Shown here in pieces: positions 42,102-52,681 of a DNA stretch of 64,000 bases; positions within the stretch are counted from its first letter, which is position 1, and every line of letters starts with the position of its first letter. The stretch is from positions 576,001 through 640,000 of the forward strand of contig JBESAV010000001.1 of assembly GCA_041242255.1 (NCBI GenBank), in the 5' to 3' direction. The notes under the pieces were generated by a model. That model was not told the DNA's origin. It saw nothing but the letters and a program-made list of their open reading frames with translations, and made no database searches. The position numbers and the translations under genes are program-made. Source of the stretch: Candidatus Altimarinota bacterium. Its GTDB lineage: Bacteria; Patescibacteriota; Gracilibacteria; UBA1369; GCA-2718715.

Positions 42102-42884
42102 AACAACAATTACTAAGCCAATTAATATCAATCCAAAGCTTAAAAATTGACCTCTACTTAGGCCAAGAACTAGTCCCAAGTGCGAGTCAGGTTCTCTAAA
42201 AAACTCAACTAAAAACCTAGCTCCTCCAAACCACATCAATGCTACCCCTAAAAGCTTACCTTCAAGCTTTTCTTTATTGTACAAGAAGCTCAACACCACA
42301 AACAAAATCAACCCCTCCAAAACTCCTTGATACAACTGGGAGGCATACCTCAAGTTTTCAGGATCATCCAAAAACCTCATCCCAAAAGGGGAGTTAGTCA
42401 CCCGACCATACAGCTCATTATTTAAGAAGTTTCCTATTCTTCCCAAAAAATAACCAACCGGTGCCACACTTATTATTAGATCTGAAACTTTCCAGAAATC
42501 TACTTTGTGTTTCCTCAAAAACCACCATCCAAACAACAAGCAAGCTACCAGACCCCCATGAAAACTCATTCCACTTATTCCCACAAATTCACCACCACTA
42601 AAAGGCCAAACAATCTTCAAAGGATTTCTCAGATAGTAATCAAAGTTATAAAACAAAACATAGCCAATCCTCCCACCAACCACCACCGAAGCAATCAAAC
42701 CAAAAAACAAATCCTCTAGTTGTTTACTGCTCAAAATATCATTTCTTCTTTTGATCAACAAATAACAAACCAAAAAAGCAACCAAATACATAAAACCGTA
42801 GTACTGAACTTCAAATCCCAGAATACTAACCAATACTCCATCAAAGCTAAGAGGTAGATTCTGCCACCATTCAAAAAATCCCAT
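42063..42884 (-). CDS. lgt: Prolipoprotein diacylglyceryl transferase
   Basis: GGRIGYV, GMSFHGG, GRIGNF.N.ELYGR, RFLVEFFREPD. Confidence 0.96.
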   Translation of the reverse strand: MGFFEWWQNLPLSFDGVLVSILGFEVQYYGFMYLVAFLVCYLLIKRRNDILSSKQLEDLFFGLIASVVVGGRIGYVLFYNFDYYLRNPLKIVWPFSGGEFVGISGMSFHGGLVACLLFGWWFLRKHKVDFWKVSDLIISVAPVGYFLGRIGNFLNNELYGRVTNSPFGMRFLDDPENLRYASQLYQGVLEGLILFVVLSFLYNKEKLEGKLLGVALMWFGGARFLVEFFREPDSHLGLVLGLSRGQFLSFGLILIGLVIVVLRFRQESASDIS

Positions 42885-42914
42885 AAACCCATTTAAATTA
42901 GGTTTATTTTACAC

Positions 42915-43157
42915 TTATTCCACCTCCTTCCCAACTAATTCCTTCAATTCCATTTCATATTTCAGCTCCAACCTCGACACATCAGACTTAAATTTTTCCT
43001 CTTCCTGATGAAGCTTTATCACAGCATTCTTCAGCTGAACCATTTTCCATTCAGGCATATATCTCAAACGTTCTATCATAGACTTCTTTTCGTCTATATC
43101 CAGAATTTCTAGATTCTTTATAAGACTAACTAACTCATCAACTAATTTTCTATTCAT
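42915..43157 (-). CDS. Small helical hypothetical protein coupled to the upstream giant ORF
   Basis: ATG 43157 overlaps the end of ORF 43150-46764. Confidence 0.6.
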   Translation of the reverse strand: MNRKLVDELVSLIKNLEILDIDEKKSMIERLRYMPEWKMVQLKNAVIKLHQEEEKFKSDVSRLELKYEMELKELVGKEVE

Positions 43158-46100
43158 AGCTAATCTTAGTAAACTTATTGATGTCACCGGCAAAGATTCC
43201 GTAACCAAGCCCAGCAACAGCTACTCCAGACCCAGCTTTAGCAGCTTTTGAAGTGACTTTTGATACCTTCGAAAGATCAGAAGCACTACTCAAAATCGAA
43301 CCAAGTTTCTCTAGTTTCTTAAAGTCACCAGCTTTAGTCAAAAGCTTGGCAGCACCACCAGCAGTTTTCGCTCCGAGCAAGAAATCTGTGGCAAGACTGG
43401 ATACTCCAAACGAAACCTTCTCTGCCATTAATTCATCATTCCCAACCTTATAAGCATCGTAACCTTCAGAAAGATCTTTATAAGTTCCCACAAATGGCAC
43501 AAGCCCCATTCCAAGACCAGTATATCCTTCTTTTTGAAAGCGAGCCATAAAAGTCATATTATTTTCAAATACATCAGCTGTTTGACGACCAAGCTCTATA
43601 CTCCCATCTGGATTCTCAACTATCTGAATCGTTCCAGCCGCAATATTCAAAACCTTACGAGAACCCCCTAGCCACCCTTTCTCAACTTCAACTTTATACT
43701 GAGCTTTTGGATATTTCTTTTGTAGGGCCTCAACTACTAGATCCAAGTTACCTTCAAACTTAGACTTATTCTTAAATATAAAATTCATAAACTCGTTATG
43801 GGCACTCAAGTACTCTCCTTTCATAGACCTCAAAGTTTCTGCTCTAACCCCATGATCTTCATCCAGTATTTTATTTAGATTCTTCTTACTCATAAGCTCA
43901 AGGATCTTATTTTCTACATCCACCACACCATCCAAGATTTCTCCTGGCACTTCTGAGGCATTTTCTTTTCGCTCAATGTCTTTATCTTTCTGATAAGCTT
44001 CATTCAAAGCCACAGCCCCACCAAAAGCAAGTGCTCCTGCTGCTCCCATCTTAGCCATTTTGGCACCCTTACTTAGTTTGGCGATCCTGTTTGCCTCAGC
44101 GGCCCTTTGAGCTCTTCGAATATCACCAAGTTTTTGACCAACTTTAGTTCCTTTCATATATGTAGAGGCTTCACGTATACTCTCGACGATCTTCAGATTC
44201 TTCATAGAGGAAACAGGTTGTAATGCAGCTAAGATCCTTTTTTCCACATCCAAAGCTATCTCAAAACTTCCCAAGATAGCCCTTAGTTGATCTCTATCAA
44301 TTTCCTTAAGAGATTTCAAACTTGCATAATTCTCTACACCCATAATCTTTACCATTTCATCAGACAATCCTCCAACTTCAATCTTCTCAATAAGTCCTTT
44401 TATGACTTTCGGATCAGTCACTCCATCAGGATATCTATTAAGTACATTACTTGAAAATATCTTCCCATCTCTTAGAGCAATAACCTCCCTTCTACTTTTC
44501 AGAATTAAATCCATACTTTCTTTAGCTTTTGAACTCAAGAGTTTCGACTTATGCTGAGCTAATTTAAGTCTACTCGAATCATTAATATTCCTCATACTTG
44601 AAACAAGCTCTCCATAACTAGATCTTTGCACCAATTTCTTAAATCCATCCGCCCTCAAGTTTTGAAACATCTCCCTAGCAGACATAGCAGTACTTACAGG
44701 CTTAGTAATAGGGTATGTCACCTTACTTGCAAGACTTTTACCTTTATCAATAAGACCTTTCTGGGCCACTCGTTCGTAGCCCACTACATGTTTGTAAGCA
44801 TTATCAATTACAACCTTCCCAAGTGCCTTTCCACTTCCAATCACTGTCATCACAGCCAGCCCACCTGCATATACTTTAGCGACATCCATCACATCATAGT
44901 CTTCATCCACAGCTGCTCTATAAACTTCTCCCCATACTGTATATGGCAACAAGATATACTCTGTTCCAATACTCAAGAAAAAGTTTTCTCCATCACTCAC
45001 TAGTACAGCTTCACCAGACTTCATTTTTTCATTTATAGCTCCACTCAATTCTTCAGGACTTCCAGTTAAAAATTCTCCAGCACGCCCTAAAAGTTCTCGC
45101 ATTTTTTGCATATATGCATCTCCCAAACTGTATCCCTCTCCTAAGGTTGCAAGAAAATCTATAGTATTCATATCAGAATACATCTTCAACCCAGGTGCTA
45201 GTAATTCTTTATCAGCCTGGCTGAGCTCAGAGTTTAAACCAATTTTTCTGGTTACAATACTTTCTTCAGGATTAATAGGTTTGTATACAAGGTTCAAATA
45301 GTTGTCACTGATCACAATCTCATATCTACTAATTTCTTTAAACTTATTAAATGCTTCAATCTTTTCTTTACTAACCTCACCTAGCTCATCTTGTCTAGAT
45401 TCACTCAAGAGCTCATAAGTTACTTTGCTAAACTCTTTTGCTCCATCTTCCCCCATCATTTTCTCTAAATATTCTGAGTGTTCTTTGCTTAGCACCTCTG
45501 ACTCCAAAAGCTTAATCCCTTTAAAATTCTCATATTTCACCTTTTGCTTAGGTGTTTGCCCCACCACATCCAATGTTGACTTAGCCACATTGGTCAGAGT
45601 GATGCTTTCCAAAATCTCATCTAAGCTTTTCTCTAGTTTCTCTTCGGACTTCATAACTCCCATAGCCTGCTCAAATTCACCCTTACTAATAGTCATACCT
45701 TGCACTAACTCTTTGTACATAGGGTTAGTTGATATAACTTTATTAAATTCTTCATAATCTTTCGGAAGGGGAGTGTTATATAAAACCTTCTCACCAATCT
45801 CATCCCATCTAGTGTTTTGCTGCATCAATCTTCCTCCAACCAAAAGCAAGATAACCTTTTTAGGATTATTCTTTGCATATTTTAGAGGCGCTAAACCAGT
45901 AGTCAGCATAAGCTTACCTGTCATTCCCACCGCATTTAGACCCTTGGTTGGTCCCATTTTGTAAGCCATGTAAGCTGCAACAGTAGACGACATAGCTGGA
46001 TTATCTCGCAAGATAGCTATTGTTTCTTTAGAATAAGTTTTCACTTTTTTAGTAAATTTTCCAGCAGTTACTCCAAGCTTCTCTCCAGTAAAAGGCCATT

Positions 46101-46764
46101 CCTTATACATCTCCCCAGACTCAATTTTCTTATCAATTTTTTTCTCATATTTCTCTCCACTCACAGTTTCAACAAGATTATCCCTTATATCAGTCCAGTT
46201 CTTTCTTTTAGCCAAAAGCTCCAGAAGGTTCTTATGAACTAATTCTCCTTCATCCACACCCGCACTCCTCAAGATATCTTTCCACCACACTAACTTAGCT
46301 TTTTCATCTTCAGGCATCTCAGCAGCTTTGATGGCATTCTTAACCAAATAATCCTTCACCTTCACCGCAGAAGCCAACATCGATCCAGCCAAAGGAATCT
46401 TCTTCAAATCATCCGGAATACCATCTATAACTCCTTTTACTTGATCAACAGCAGTCTTAGACACTTCCATCACATTTTCTTTTGCTGCAGTAACATTTTT
46501 CTTAGCTTCATCCAACTCATACATGAATTCACTAATCTTTTCCCCAAAAAGCCTACTACTAAGATACTTAATACCTGCATAGGGATTTTCAAAAAAATCT
46601 TTAACCTTATCAAAAAAACTCAACTTCCATTCCTTGGTCTTACGATCTGCAATCTCTACCAATGAACCTTTTTCAGCTACAAAATCCTTTTCTATTGCTT
46701 CAAAAAAGTTCTCCCGCTCTTGAGTAACACTCTCATTTTTTACTTCAATATTTCTGGCAGCCAT
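43150..46764 (-). CDS. 1204-aa hypothetical protein with Gly/Ala-rich hydrophobic segments
   Basis: Long ORF; C-terminal GLVPFVGTYKD...ATDFLLGAK resembles pre-toxin TG-type motifs. Confidence 0.75.
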   Translation of the reverse strand: MAARNIEVKNESVTQERENFFEAIEKDFVAEKGSLVEIADRKTKEWKLSFFDKVKDFFENPYAGIKYLSSRLFGEKISEFMYELDEAKKNVTAAKENVMEVSKTAVDQVKGVIDGIPDDLKKIPLAGSMLASAVKVKDYLVKNAIKAAEMPEDEKAKLVWWKDILRSAGVDEGELVHKNLLELLAKRKNWTDIRDNLVETVSGEKYEKKIDKKIESGEMYKEWPFTGEKLGVTAGKFTKKVKTYSKETIAILRDNPAMSSTVAAYMAYKMGPTKGLNAVGMTGKLMLTTGLAPLKYAKNNPKKVILLLVGGRLMQQNTRWDEIGEKVLYNTPLPKDYEEFNKVISTNPMYKELVQGMTISKGEFEQAMGVMKSEEKLEKSLDEILESITLTNVAKSTLDVVGQTPKQKVKYENFKGIKLLESEVLSKEHSEYLEKMMGEDGAKEFSKVTYELLSESRQDELGEVSKEKIEAFNKFKEISRYEIVISDNYLNLVYKPINPEESIVTRKIGLNSELSQADKELLAPGLKMYSDMNTIDFLATLGEGYSLGDAYMQKMRELLGRAGEFLTGSPEELSGAINEKMKSGEAVLVSDGENFFLSIGTEYILLPYTVWGEVYRAAVDEDYDVMDVAKVYAGGLAVMTVIGSGKALGKVVIDNAYKHVVGYERVAQKGLIDKGKSLASKVTYPITKPVSTAMSAREMFQNLRADGFKKLVQRSSYGELVSSMRNINDSSRLKLAQHKSKLLSSKAKESMDLILKSRREVIALRDGKIFSSNVLNRYPDGVTDPKVIKGLIEKIEVGGLSDEMVKIMGVENYASLKSLKEIDRDQLRAILGSFEIALDVEKRILAALQPVSSMKNLKIVESIREASTYMKGTKVGQKLGDIRRAQRAAEANRIAKLSKGAKMAKMGAAGALAFGGAVALNEAYQKDKDIERKENASEVPGEILDGVVDVENKILELMSKKNLNKILDEDHGVRAETLRSMKGEYLSAHNEFMNFIFKNKSKFEGNLDLVVEALQKKYPKAQYKVEVEKGWLGGSRKVLNIAAGTIQIVENPDGSIELGRQTADVFENNMTFMARFQKEGYTGLGMGLVPFVGTYKDLSEGYDAYKVGNDELMAEKVSFGVSSLATDFLLGAKTAGGAAKLLTKAGDFKKLEKLGSILSSASDLSKVSKVTSKAAKAGSGVAVAGLGYGIFAGDINKFTKISYE

Positions 46765-46908
46765 TCATATAATTTATTTATCATATAATTATACAATAAA
46801 TAGCTGATTAAATAAACACTAACATGCATCGATTAGTATAAATCTATAGATAAGATTTCGCATCTGTAACCGAAGCATATATAATCAAGCAAAATCTAAC
46901 ACAATACT

Positions 46909-49542
46909 ATGAAATTAAAGTCTTATTTAAGTTTAATCATAGCAGTACTGGCTATGACTACTTCCTTGGCTTTAGCAGCCATCTCAGCAAACTATCCATT
47001 TGATGTTGCCGTAAACTACGTTATATCCAATGATGACCTTATTGTGGTTTCTGGTGGTACAGCTGACTCGCAGATCGTTGATGAGTATCAGGTAAATGAT
47101 ACTACTGCCAGTTTTCAAACCCCACAATCTGCTACCCTCTTAACTGATGGTAATAATTTTGTAACTTATACGAGCGGTGGAGATATATATGCAAAAGTGA
47201 TAAATCAAGATGGTGAAACAATTGTTGCAGAAACCATAGTTAACTCAGTAACAAATGCCACCCAGTTCGAAGCAAACTCATCCCTGATTACCACAGATAG
47301 CGGAGACGACATTGTTCTAGTTACTTGGACATCTTTTGATACCGCAACTGATACTTCTTTCGCTGGTGATACCCAGGATACTACTTTAAATCACATTGCT
47401 GCTAGAGGTTTTAGGTATGATGGAACATCACTAGCCGAAGAAATAGCTGAGTTTCAAGTTAATGAAAACGTTGACTCACTACAAAATGAGTCAAGCTCTA
47501 CATCTTATAATGACGGAGCAAATGATAAAATTCTAATCACATGGCACAGTGCTGATGACGCTCTAGAAGCAAATAATGGAAGTACAAATATCGCCGCTCG
47601 TACTTTTGATATCGATGGAACAAATCCCGGAACAGAATTTTTAGTAAATTCAATTTCAATCAATGACGAATACTATCCAGAAGTTCAAACTTTAGACAAT
47701 GGAGATGTAGCTTTTACGTACCAAACTAGTATTAACATTGCCATAAAAATCCTAGACAACGGAGACTTAAATGGAGCACCAGCACTAGCACAAACTATAG
47801 TAAATACGACAGCAACAGCCACAGATGCATACCCACAATTCGAACAAACATATGATGGCAATCTATTCATCACTTGGATTATGGAAGATGATGGTGACAT
47901 TGATGGTATAGCTAGAAGTGTATATCAAACAGATGGAACACAAGTAGCAGCAGAAGCTGTAGTTAATACACAAACTGACAGTGTTCAGGAGGCTCATTCA
48001 ACTGCACTATTAAATGATCCTAGTAATCCTGGTCAAGATATAGTGTTTATTGCTTACTACACTGAGTCTTCAACTTACAATGGAGGAACAGATTCCGAAA
48101 TAGTCGGTAAAGTATATAACCCAGATGGGTCAGCCTCTTCAGGTGAAGTCTTAATAAACCAAAACCTAACTAATTTCCAATACAGCCCAGTAGTTTCTCC
48201 AACCAATGATGGAGTAGTCCTAGTATTATGGGAGTCAGAGGATGTTGCCGCAGTCGTTGATGGTGATGGCTCTTATGTTGCAGCGATACCTCTAGGCGAT
48301 GAAGTAAATAACGTATATCCAACTACCAACCCTTACATTCAACCAGTAACAGCATATTCATACTCAGAACCATTAAGAGCCTTCATCGAAACTGAACTAG
48401 CCCTTGAAAATAGCGGTACAAATTATCAAATCTCAGATGATGCTGGTACGACTTGGTACTACTATGACGGATTTAACTGGGTGACAACTGAAGAGTTAGA
48501 CTCAGAGTTTAACTCAGCTTCAACAGTAACTACAAACATCTCAGACTTTACATCCAATGGTACATTCTTATGGAGAGCCTATATAAACTCAGATGATGCA
48601 GTAAGATTCGGTAATGCTGCTACTTCATTAGACAATATTGAAATTCAAGAAAATGAAGCTCCAGTTATCACTTCCGAAGCAGGTCAAGACACTGTAAACA
48701 AAACTTTAAATCCTGGAGATACAGAAGTATCAACTCTTGAATACACCACTGACTCACTTGCTAGTATGGTGTCCGAAGATCTATCTGGTGCAGATGCAGC
48801 ACTATTCCAGTTAGCAAGTGGTGGTCTGCTAAACCCTGATCCAGTACTTTCTTTCTTATCAGCAAGTCCAGCTGCAGATGCCAATGCTGATGGAACTTAT
48901 GAAGTTACGATCACTGTTACAGATGATGTAGGTTCAACAGACACCCAAAGCTTTTTGATATCTTTCGCATCAAGCGGAGGTAGTTCATCTGGAGGTGGGT
49001 CAGCTTCATCAAATGTTGACACTTCAAGCCCATTCGCAAACCAGACATCAACACCAAGTAATCCATCTTCGCCACAAGAACAAGCCGATGTTTGTGATAA
49101 AGAAGAAATGCTTAAAGACATCAATAAATTCAAAGACTTCGACAAAGAAATATCTAGATATGAAGCTGTTAAATACGTACTTCTAATTAACTGTATTGGT
49201 CTAGACGAGTTGCCAGCAGACGGAAGCTATCCTTTCTCAGATATCAATACATCTGAAGAAAACTTAGCTAGAGTCCTTTACACTGCCTTCAACCGCGGAA
49301 TAATCTACGGATACCCAGATGGAGAATTCAAGCCAAACAGAACTATCAATTACGTTGAACTTCTAGCTATTAACTCAAGAGCTCAAGGTCTTGCCGATGA
49401 CAATTCAGTAGGGGAGAACTGGTTCCAAAGTTACCTCTCACTAAGAATAACAATCGAGCTAGCAATTAGTGGGGTAGGTTACGAAGACCCAATCCTAGGT
49501 AGAAACTTCTATGTAATTACTAAATCTTTCTTAGAAAGTTAA
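46909..49542 (+). CDS. Secreted surface protein (acidic beta repeats, cadherin-like module, C-terminal SLH-type anchor)
   Basis: Signal peptide; EF.VN repeats; NEAPVIT...YEVTITVTD; GIIYGYPDGEFKP. Confidence 0.8.
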   Translation: MKLKSYLSLIIAVLAMTTSLALAAISANYPFDVAVNYVISNDDLIVVSGGTADSQIVDEYQVNDTTASFQTPQSATLLTDGNNFVTYTSGGDIYAKVINQDGETIVAETIVNSVTNATQFEANSSLITTDSGDDIVLVTWTSFDTATDTSFAGDTQDTTLNHIAARGFRYDGTSLAEEIAEFQVNENVDSLQNESSSTSYNDGANDKILITWHSADDALEANNGSTNIAARTFDIDGTNPGTEFLVNSISINDEYYPEVQTLDNGDVAFTYQTSINIAIKILDNGDLNGAPALAQTIVNTTATATDAYPQFEQTYDGNLFITWIMEDDGDIDGIARSVYQTDGTQVAAEAVVNTQTDSVQEAHSTALLNDPSNPGQDIVFIAYYTESSTYNGGTDSEIVGKVYNPDGSASSGEVLINQNLTNFQYSPVVSPTNDGVVLVLWESEDVAAVVDGDGSYVAAIPLGDEVNNVYPTTNPYIQPVTAYSYSEPLRAFIETELALENSGTNYQISDDAGTTWYYYDGFNWVTTEELDSEFNSASTVTTNISDFTSNGTFLWRAYINSDDAVRFGNAATSLDNIEIQENEAPVITSEAGQDTVNKTLNPGDTEVSTLEYTTDSLASMVSEDLSGADAALFQLASGGLLNPDPVLSFLSASPAADANADGTYEVTITVTDDVGSTDTQSFLISFASSGGSSSGGGSASSNVDTSSPFANQTSTPSNPSSPQEQADVCDKEEMLKDINKFKDFDKEISRYEAVKYVLLINCIGLDELPADGSYPFSDINTSEENLARVLYTAFNRGIIYGYPDGEFKPNRTINYVELLAINSRAQGLADDNSVGENWFQSYLSLRITIELAISGVGYEDPILGRNFYVITKSFLES

Positions 49543-49595
49543 TCCTAAACTACACACAACAAAAAAGCTTATCTTCACAAAAAAGGTAAGCTTTT

Positions 49596-50066
49596 TTAGG
49601 TACCTATTACAAAACCAGTTTTATCATGATCTCGAGCATAGTCATTCAGGATCTTATAAAGTTTCCATACTGAGTCCAAGTTTTTGATAACTATAGACGT
49701 ATTAATTGTCGGCGCACTAATCTTAAGATCTCCATATTTCAAGTATCTTCCAACTATACTTTGGCTAACTTCAATTTCCTGAATGTATTCCATCGAAAAA
49801 CTTTTTTTCTGTTGAAACAAGAACCCTTTATTTATCTCAAGAATATTATCTTTTACCTTAACAACATTGAAATGCCATAAAATACAAAGCCAACTCATCC
49901 CAATAGCCATAGTTCCTAAAAAGAAAAAGATCCCTGTCAAATCAGTCCCTGCATTTAGGAGGTAGGAAACTATTCCCAAAACTACAGCAAGTTTCATAAA
50001 ATCTCCCAAAAGACTAAACACACTTTTCCTAAACTTCAACGACGTTCTTATCTTAACTTCAGTCAC
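49596..50066 (-). CDS. Membrane protein with bacterial PH domain (bPH_2)
   Basis: 2 TM segments; IQEIEVSQSIVGRYLKYGDL. Confidence 0.75.
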   Translation of the reverse strand: MTEVKIRTSLKFRKSVFSLLGDFMKLAVVLGIVSYLLNAGTDLTGIFFFLGTMAIGMSWLCILWHFNVVKVKDNILEINKGFLFQQKKSFSMEYIQEIEVSQSIVGRYLKYGDLKISAPTINTSIVIKNLDSVWKLYKILNDYARDHDKTGFVIGT

Positions 50067-50117
50067 AATCTAAATTTAAACTACCAAAATTGTAACTGAT
50101 TTAATTAAAACCCACAA

Positions 50118-50663
50118 TCATCTATATAGATCCAAATAGTTAGCCACCAGCCTTCTATTCGTATTCCAGCTATACGTAAAGTCAGAAGTAGTCTCTAAGG
50201 AATTAAAATCCTCTAGATCCATTCTCTCATCAATCTGTGCGATAGAAACATTAAAATCACGTTCTTTTTTTCCTTGTAGTTCCAAATAGAAATCGTATTT
50301 TTTACCATCAATAAATCTAGACAGCTCTCCAGTTTTAAACTCTTCCAAGTCTCCAGCATGATAACAAATACTCAACTGACCCATGCTCACAACTCTAATT
50401 CCGTTAACAGTCGTATACTTTAGTCTTAACCTAATCGACATACCAAGTGCCGTAAAAATAACATAAGAAAGAGCCAACTTATTAAAGCACATAACAAATA
50501 TCAAACCAGTTATCAAAGTACTATCAATCATTATTATTTCAGATTCTTTTACAATTTCTTCATTTTGTCTTCTTTTTTCAGCTTTTTCACGATTAGCATT
50601 TTTACGTATCTCTAGCTGATCTTGATCTGGCTCATGACTTAAAAGCTTCCTTTCTACAACCAT
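50118..50663 (-). CDS. Hypothetical membrane protein
   Basis: 181-aa ORF; promoter TTGCCA-N17-TAAATT lies inside direct repeat 1. Confidence 0.6.
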   Translation of the reverse strand: MVVERKLLSHEPDQDQLEIRKNANREKAEKRRQNEEIVKESEIIMIDSTLITGLIFVMCFNKLALSYVIFTALGMSIRLRLKYTTVNGIRVVSMGQLSICYHAGDLEEFKTGELSRFIDGKKYDFYLELQGKKERDFNVSIAQIDERMDLEDFNSLETTSDFTYSWNTNRRLVANYLDLYR

Positions 50664-50715
50664 ATAATTCTTATTAACTCACTAAATTTACAAAACAAAT
50701 CCCTTTTTGGCAAGC
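50641..50715 (+). repeat. 75-bp direct repeat, copy 1
   Basis: Identical to 52494-52568. Confidence 0.95.
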
Positions 50716-50721
50716 AAGCCG

Positions 50722-50750
50722 TTGACAAAAGTAGAATCTGTAAGTAGTAT
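50722..50750 (+). promoter_or_regulatory. sigma70 promoter of the ABC-F unit
   Basis: TTGACA-N17-TAGTAT. Confidence 0.7.
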
Positions 50751-50770
50751 TTGAACATATAAACACAAAC

Positions 50771-50957
50771 ATGACAAACGTCCTAGAATTATATATATCA
50801 AAAACAACCAACCAAGCGTATTTAGCATGGAAGTCTAGGTCGTGTAGTCTTTGTCGAACTGTTGCTCATTTACAAGTGTAAATGAGGGTAATAAAACAAA
50901 GGTTTTATCATCTCTTTCACGCTTGTTAAACATTTACACCGTACTATAGGTGTTTTT
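50771..50957 (+). promoter_or_regulatory. uORF/attenuator leader of the ABC-F gene
   Basis: 36-aa uORF at 50771-50881; mutually exclusive pairings; terminator-like hairpin at 50936-50957. Confidence 0.65.
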
Positions 50958-50980
50958 ATTTATATGAGTAACTAAACAAG

Positions 50981-52423
50981 ATGTTAATTATCAAAAATTT
51001 AAACCTTAAAGTCCTAGACAACCACAAGGAAACCTTAATCAAAGAGGTGAATTTATCCTTAGATTCTAGTTCAAAGTCTAAGGTAGCCCTCATCGGAGAA
51101 AATGGCTCAGGAAAATCAACTCTCTTAAAAGCAATTTATAATAATCTAAACAGTTGTATAAATATTCAAAATGAAAAGATATTATACTTAGAACAAACAA
51201 AAAAATTTCCAGAAAATCAACTTTTTGGCGAGATTCTTGAACAGCACATTGATATTAATTCAGAATATTACAAAATTGATATAATTTTAGACGAATTTTC
51301 TCTTCAAGAAGATATAGTACTGAAGCCCGTGAAACATCTAAGTGGAGGAGAGCTTCTTAAACTACAGCTTGCTGAGCTAATGATTCAAGACCCTACTATA
51401 CTTTTATTAGACGAACCTACAAATCATTTAGATCAAGATGCAAAAATATTTTTATCAAATTTTATTAAAAATTTTACAGGTTCAATTCTACTAGTAACTC
51501 ACGATAGGGAATTTATTCAAAACACAACAAATCAAATTTGGGATATTGACCCTGTGACTAAGACTCTTCATAAGTTTACAGGCACTTTTAAAGATTGGCG
51601 TATTCAAAAAGCAAACAAAATACAAAAATCTAATCATATGCATAATAGTATTCAATCTGAGATTCAAAGCATTCAGAGTTGGTTAACTGCAAATCAATCA
51701 CATCCAAAGTACAGATTTAGCGCCATTGTAAAAACAAAAAAACAAAAAATTGAAAAGCTTAAGGCAAAATTAGATGATATTCAAAAATATAAAGATAAAA
51801 AAATAACTCTTACAAAAAATTCAAATCTAACTTATAAACAAAACCTACTTATCTCATACGAGTTCATAGAGCATCCTTTGTACGGTAATTTAAAAGGTAA
51901 AATTTACAACCAAGACCAAATTTTACTTACAGGTAAAAATGGTTCCGGGAAATCAACACTTTTAAAGTATTTATCAAATCCAGTTAATATCCAATCAGTT
52001 TATCCAATTAAAAATCCTAAAACTAGAGTTAACATATTTCATAATAAAGAATTAAAAATATTTACTTTGAGTCAGTCTTCAAAGCTTCCACAAAGTAAAA
52101 CTGTATATGAAATATTAGTAAGCAATAACAAGTTTAATCACACAAAGGTTTTCCAATCTATGGCAGATTTACGCCTAAAACATTTATTAAAGCATAAATT
52201 ATCTGATCTTAGTGGAGGAGAACAAAAAAGAGTTGAGTTAGCAATTTTAAGTGCTCATCAACCTGACATGATTTTACTGGATGAACCAACAAATCATTTG
52301 GATATCTATACGCAGGAACAAATTCAAAATTTCCTTAAAGACACACAAGTAACTTTTATTATAGCTTCTCACGACAATTTCTTGATAGACAATCTGAATT
52401 TCAAAAAATACATTCAATTGTAA
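50981..52423 (+). CDS. ABC-F family ATPase (possible antibiotic-resistance type)
   Basis: Two NBDs (GENGSGKS and GKNGSGKS; LSGGE and LLDEPTNHLD each twice), coiled linker, no TM segments. Confidence 0.88.
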   Translation: MLIIKNLNLKVLDNHKETLIKEVNLSLDSSSKSKVALIGENGSGKSTLLKAIYNNLNSCINIQNEKILYLEQTKKFPENQLFGEILEQHIDINSEYYKIDIILDEFSLQEDIVLKPVKHLSGGELLKLQLAELMIQDPTILLLDEPTNHLDQDAKIFLSNFIKNFTGSILLVTHDREFIQNTTNQIWDIDPVTKTLHKFTGTFKDWRIQKANKIQKSNHMHNSIQSEIQSIQSWLTANQSHPKYRFSAIVKTKKQKIEKLKAKLDDIQKYKDKKITLTKNSNLTYKQNLLISYEFIEHPLYGNLKGKIYNQDQILLTGKNGSGKSTLLKYLSNPVNIQSVYPIKNPKTRVNIFHNKELKIFTLSQSSKLPQSKTVYEILVSNNKFNHTKVFQSMADLRLKHLLKHKLSDLSGGEQKRVELAILSAHQPDMILLDEPTNHLDIYTQEQIQNFLKDTQVTFIIASHDNFLIDNLNFKKYIQL

Positions 52424-52435
52424 GAATTATTAATA

Positions 52436-52465
52436 CAAAAGATCGCCTTTTGGGTGATCTTTTTG
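52436..52465 (+). terminator. Intrinsic terminator
   Basis: aaaagatcgcc-tttt-gggtgatcttttt hairpin. Confidence 0.75.
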
Positions 52466-52493
52466 TAATGATTCATGTAGACCTATTTAACTC

Positions 52494-52568
52494 AAAAGCT
52501 TCCTTTCTACAACCATATAATTCTTATTAACTCACTAAATTTACAAAACAAATCCCTTTTTGGCAAGC
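52494..52568 (+). repeat. 75-bp direct repeat, copy 2
   Basis: Identical to 50641-50715. Confidence 0.95.
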
Positions 52569-52681
52569 TGACCCATCTAAACCAAGAAAACAATCCCATA
52601 CTTAGCCAAACTATATTCATCAAAAAAACTTGTTTGGACAAATATTTACAAATATTGTTGATACGAATTTAAGACAATTCA

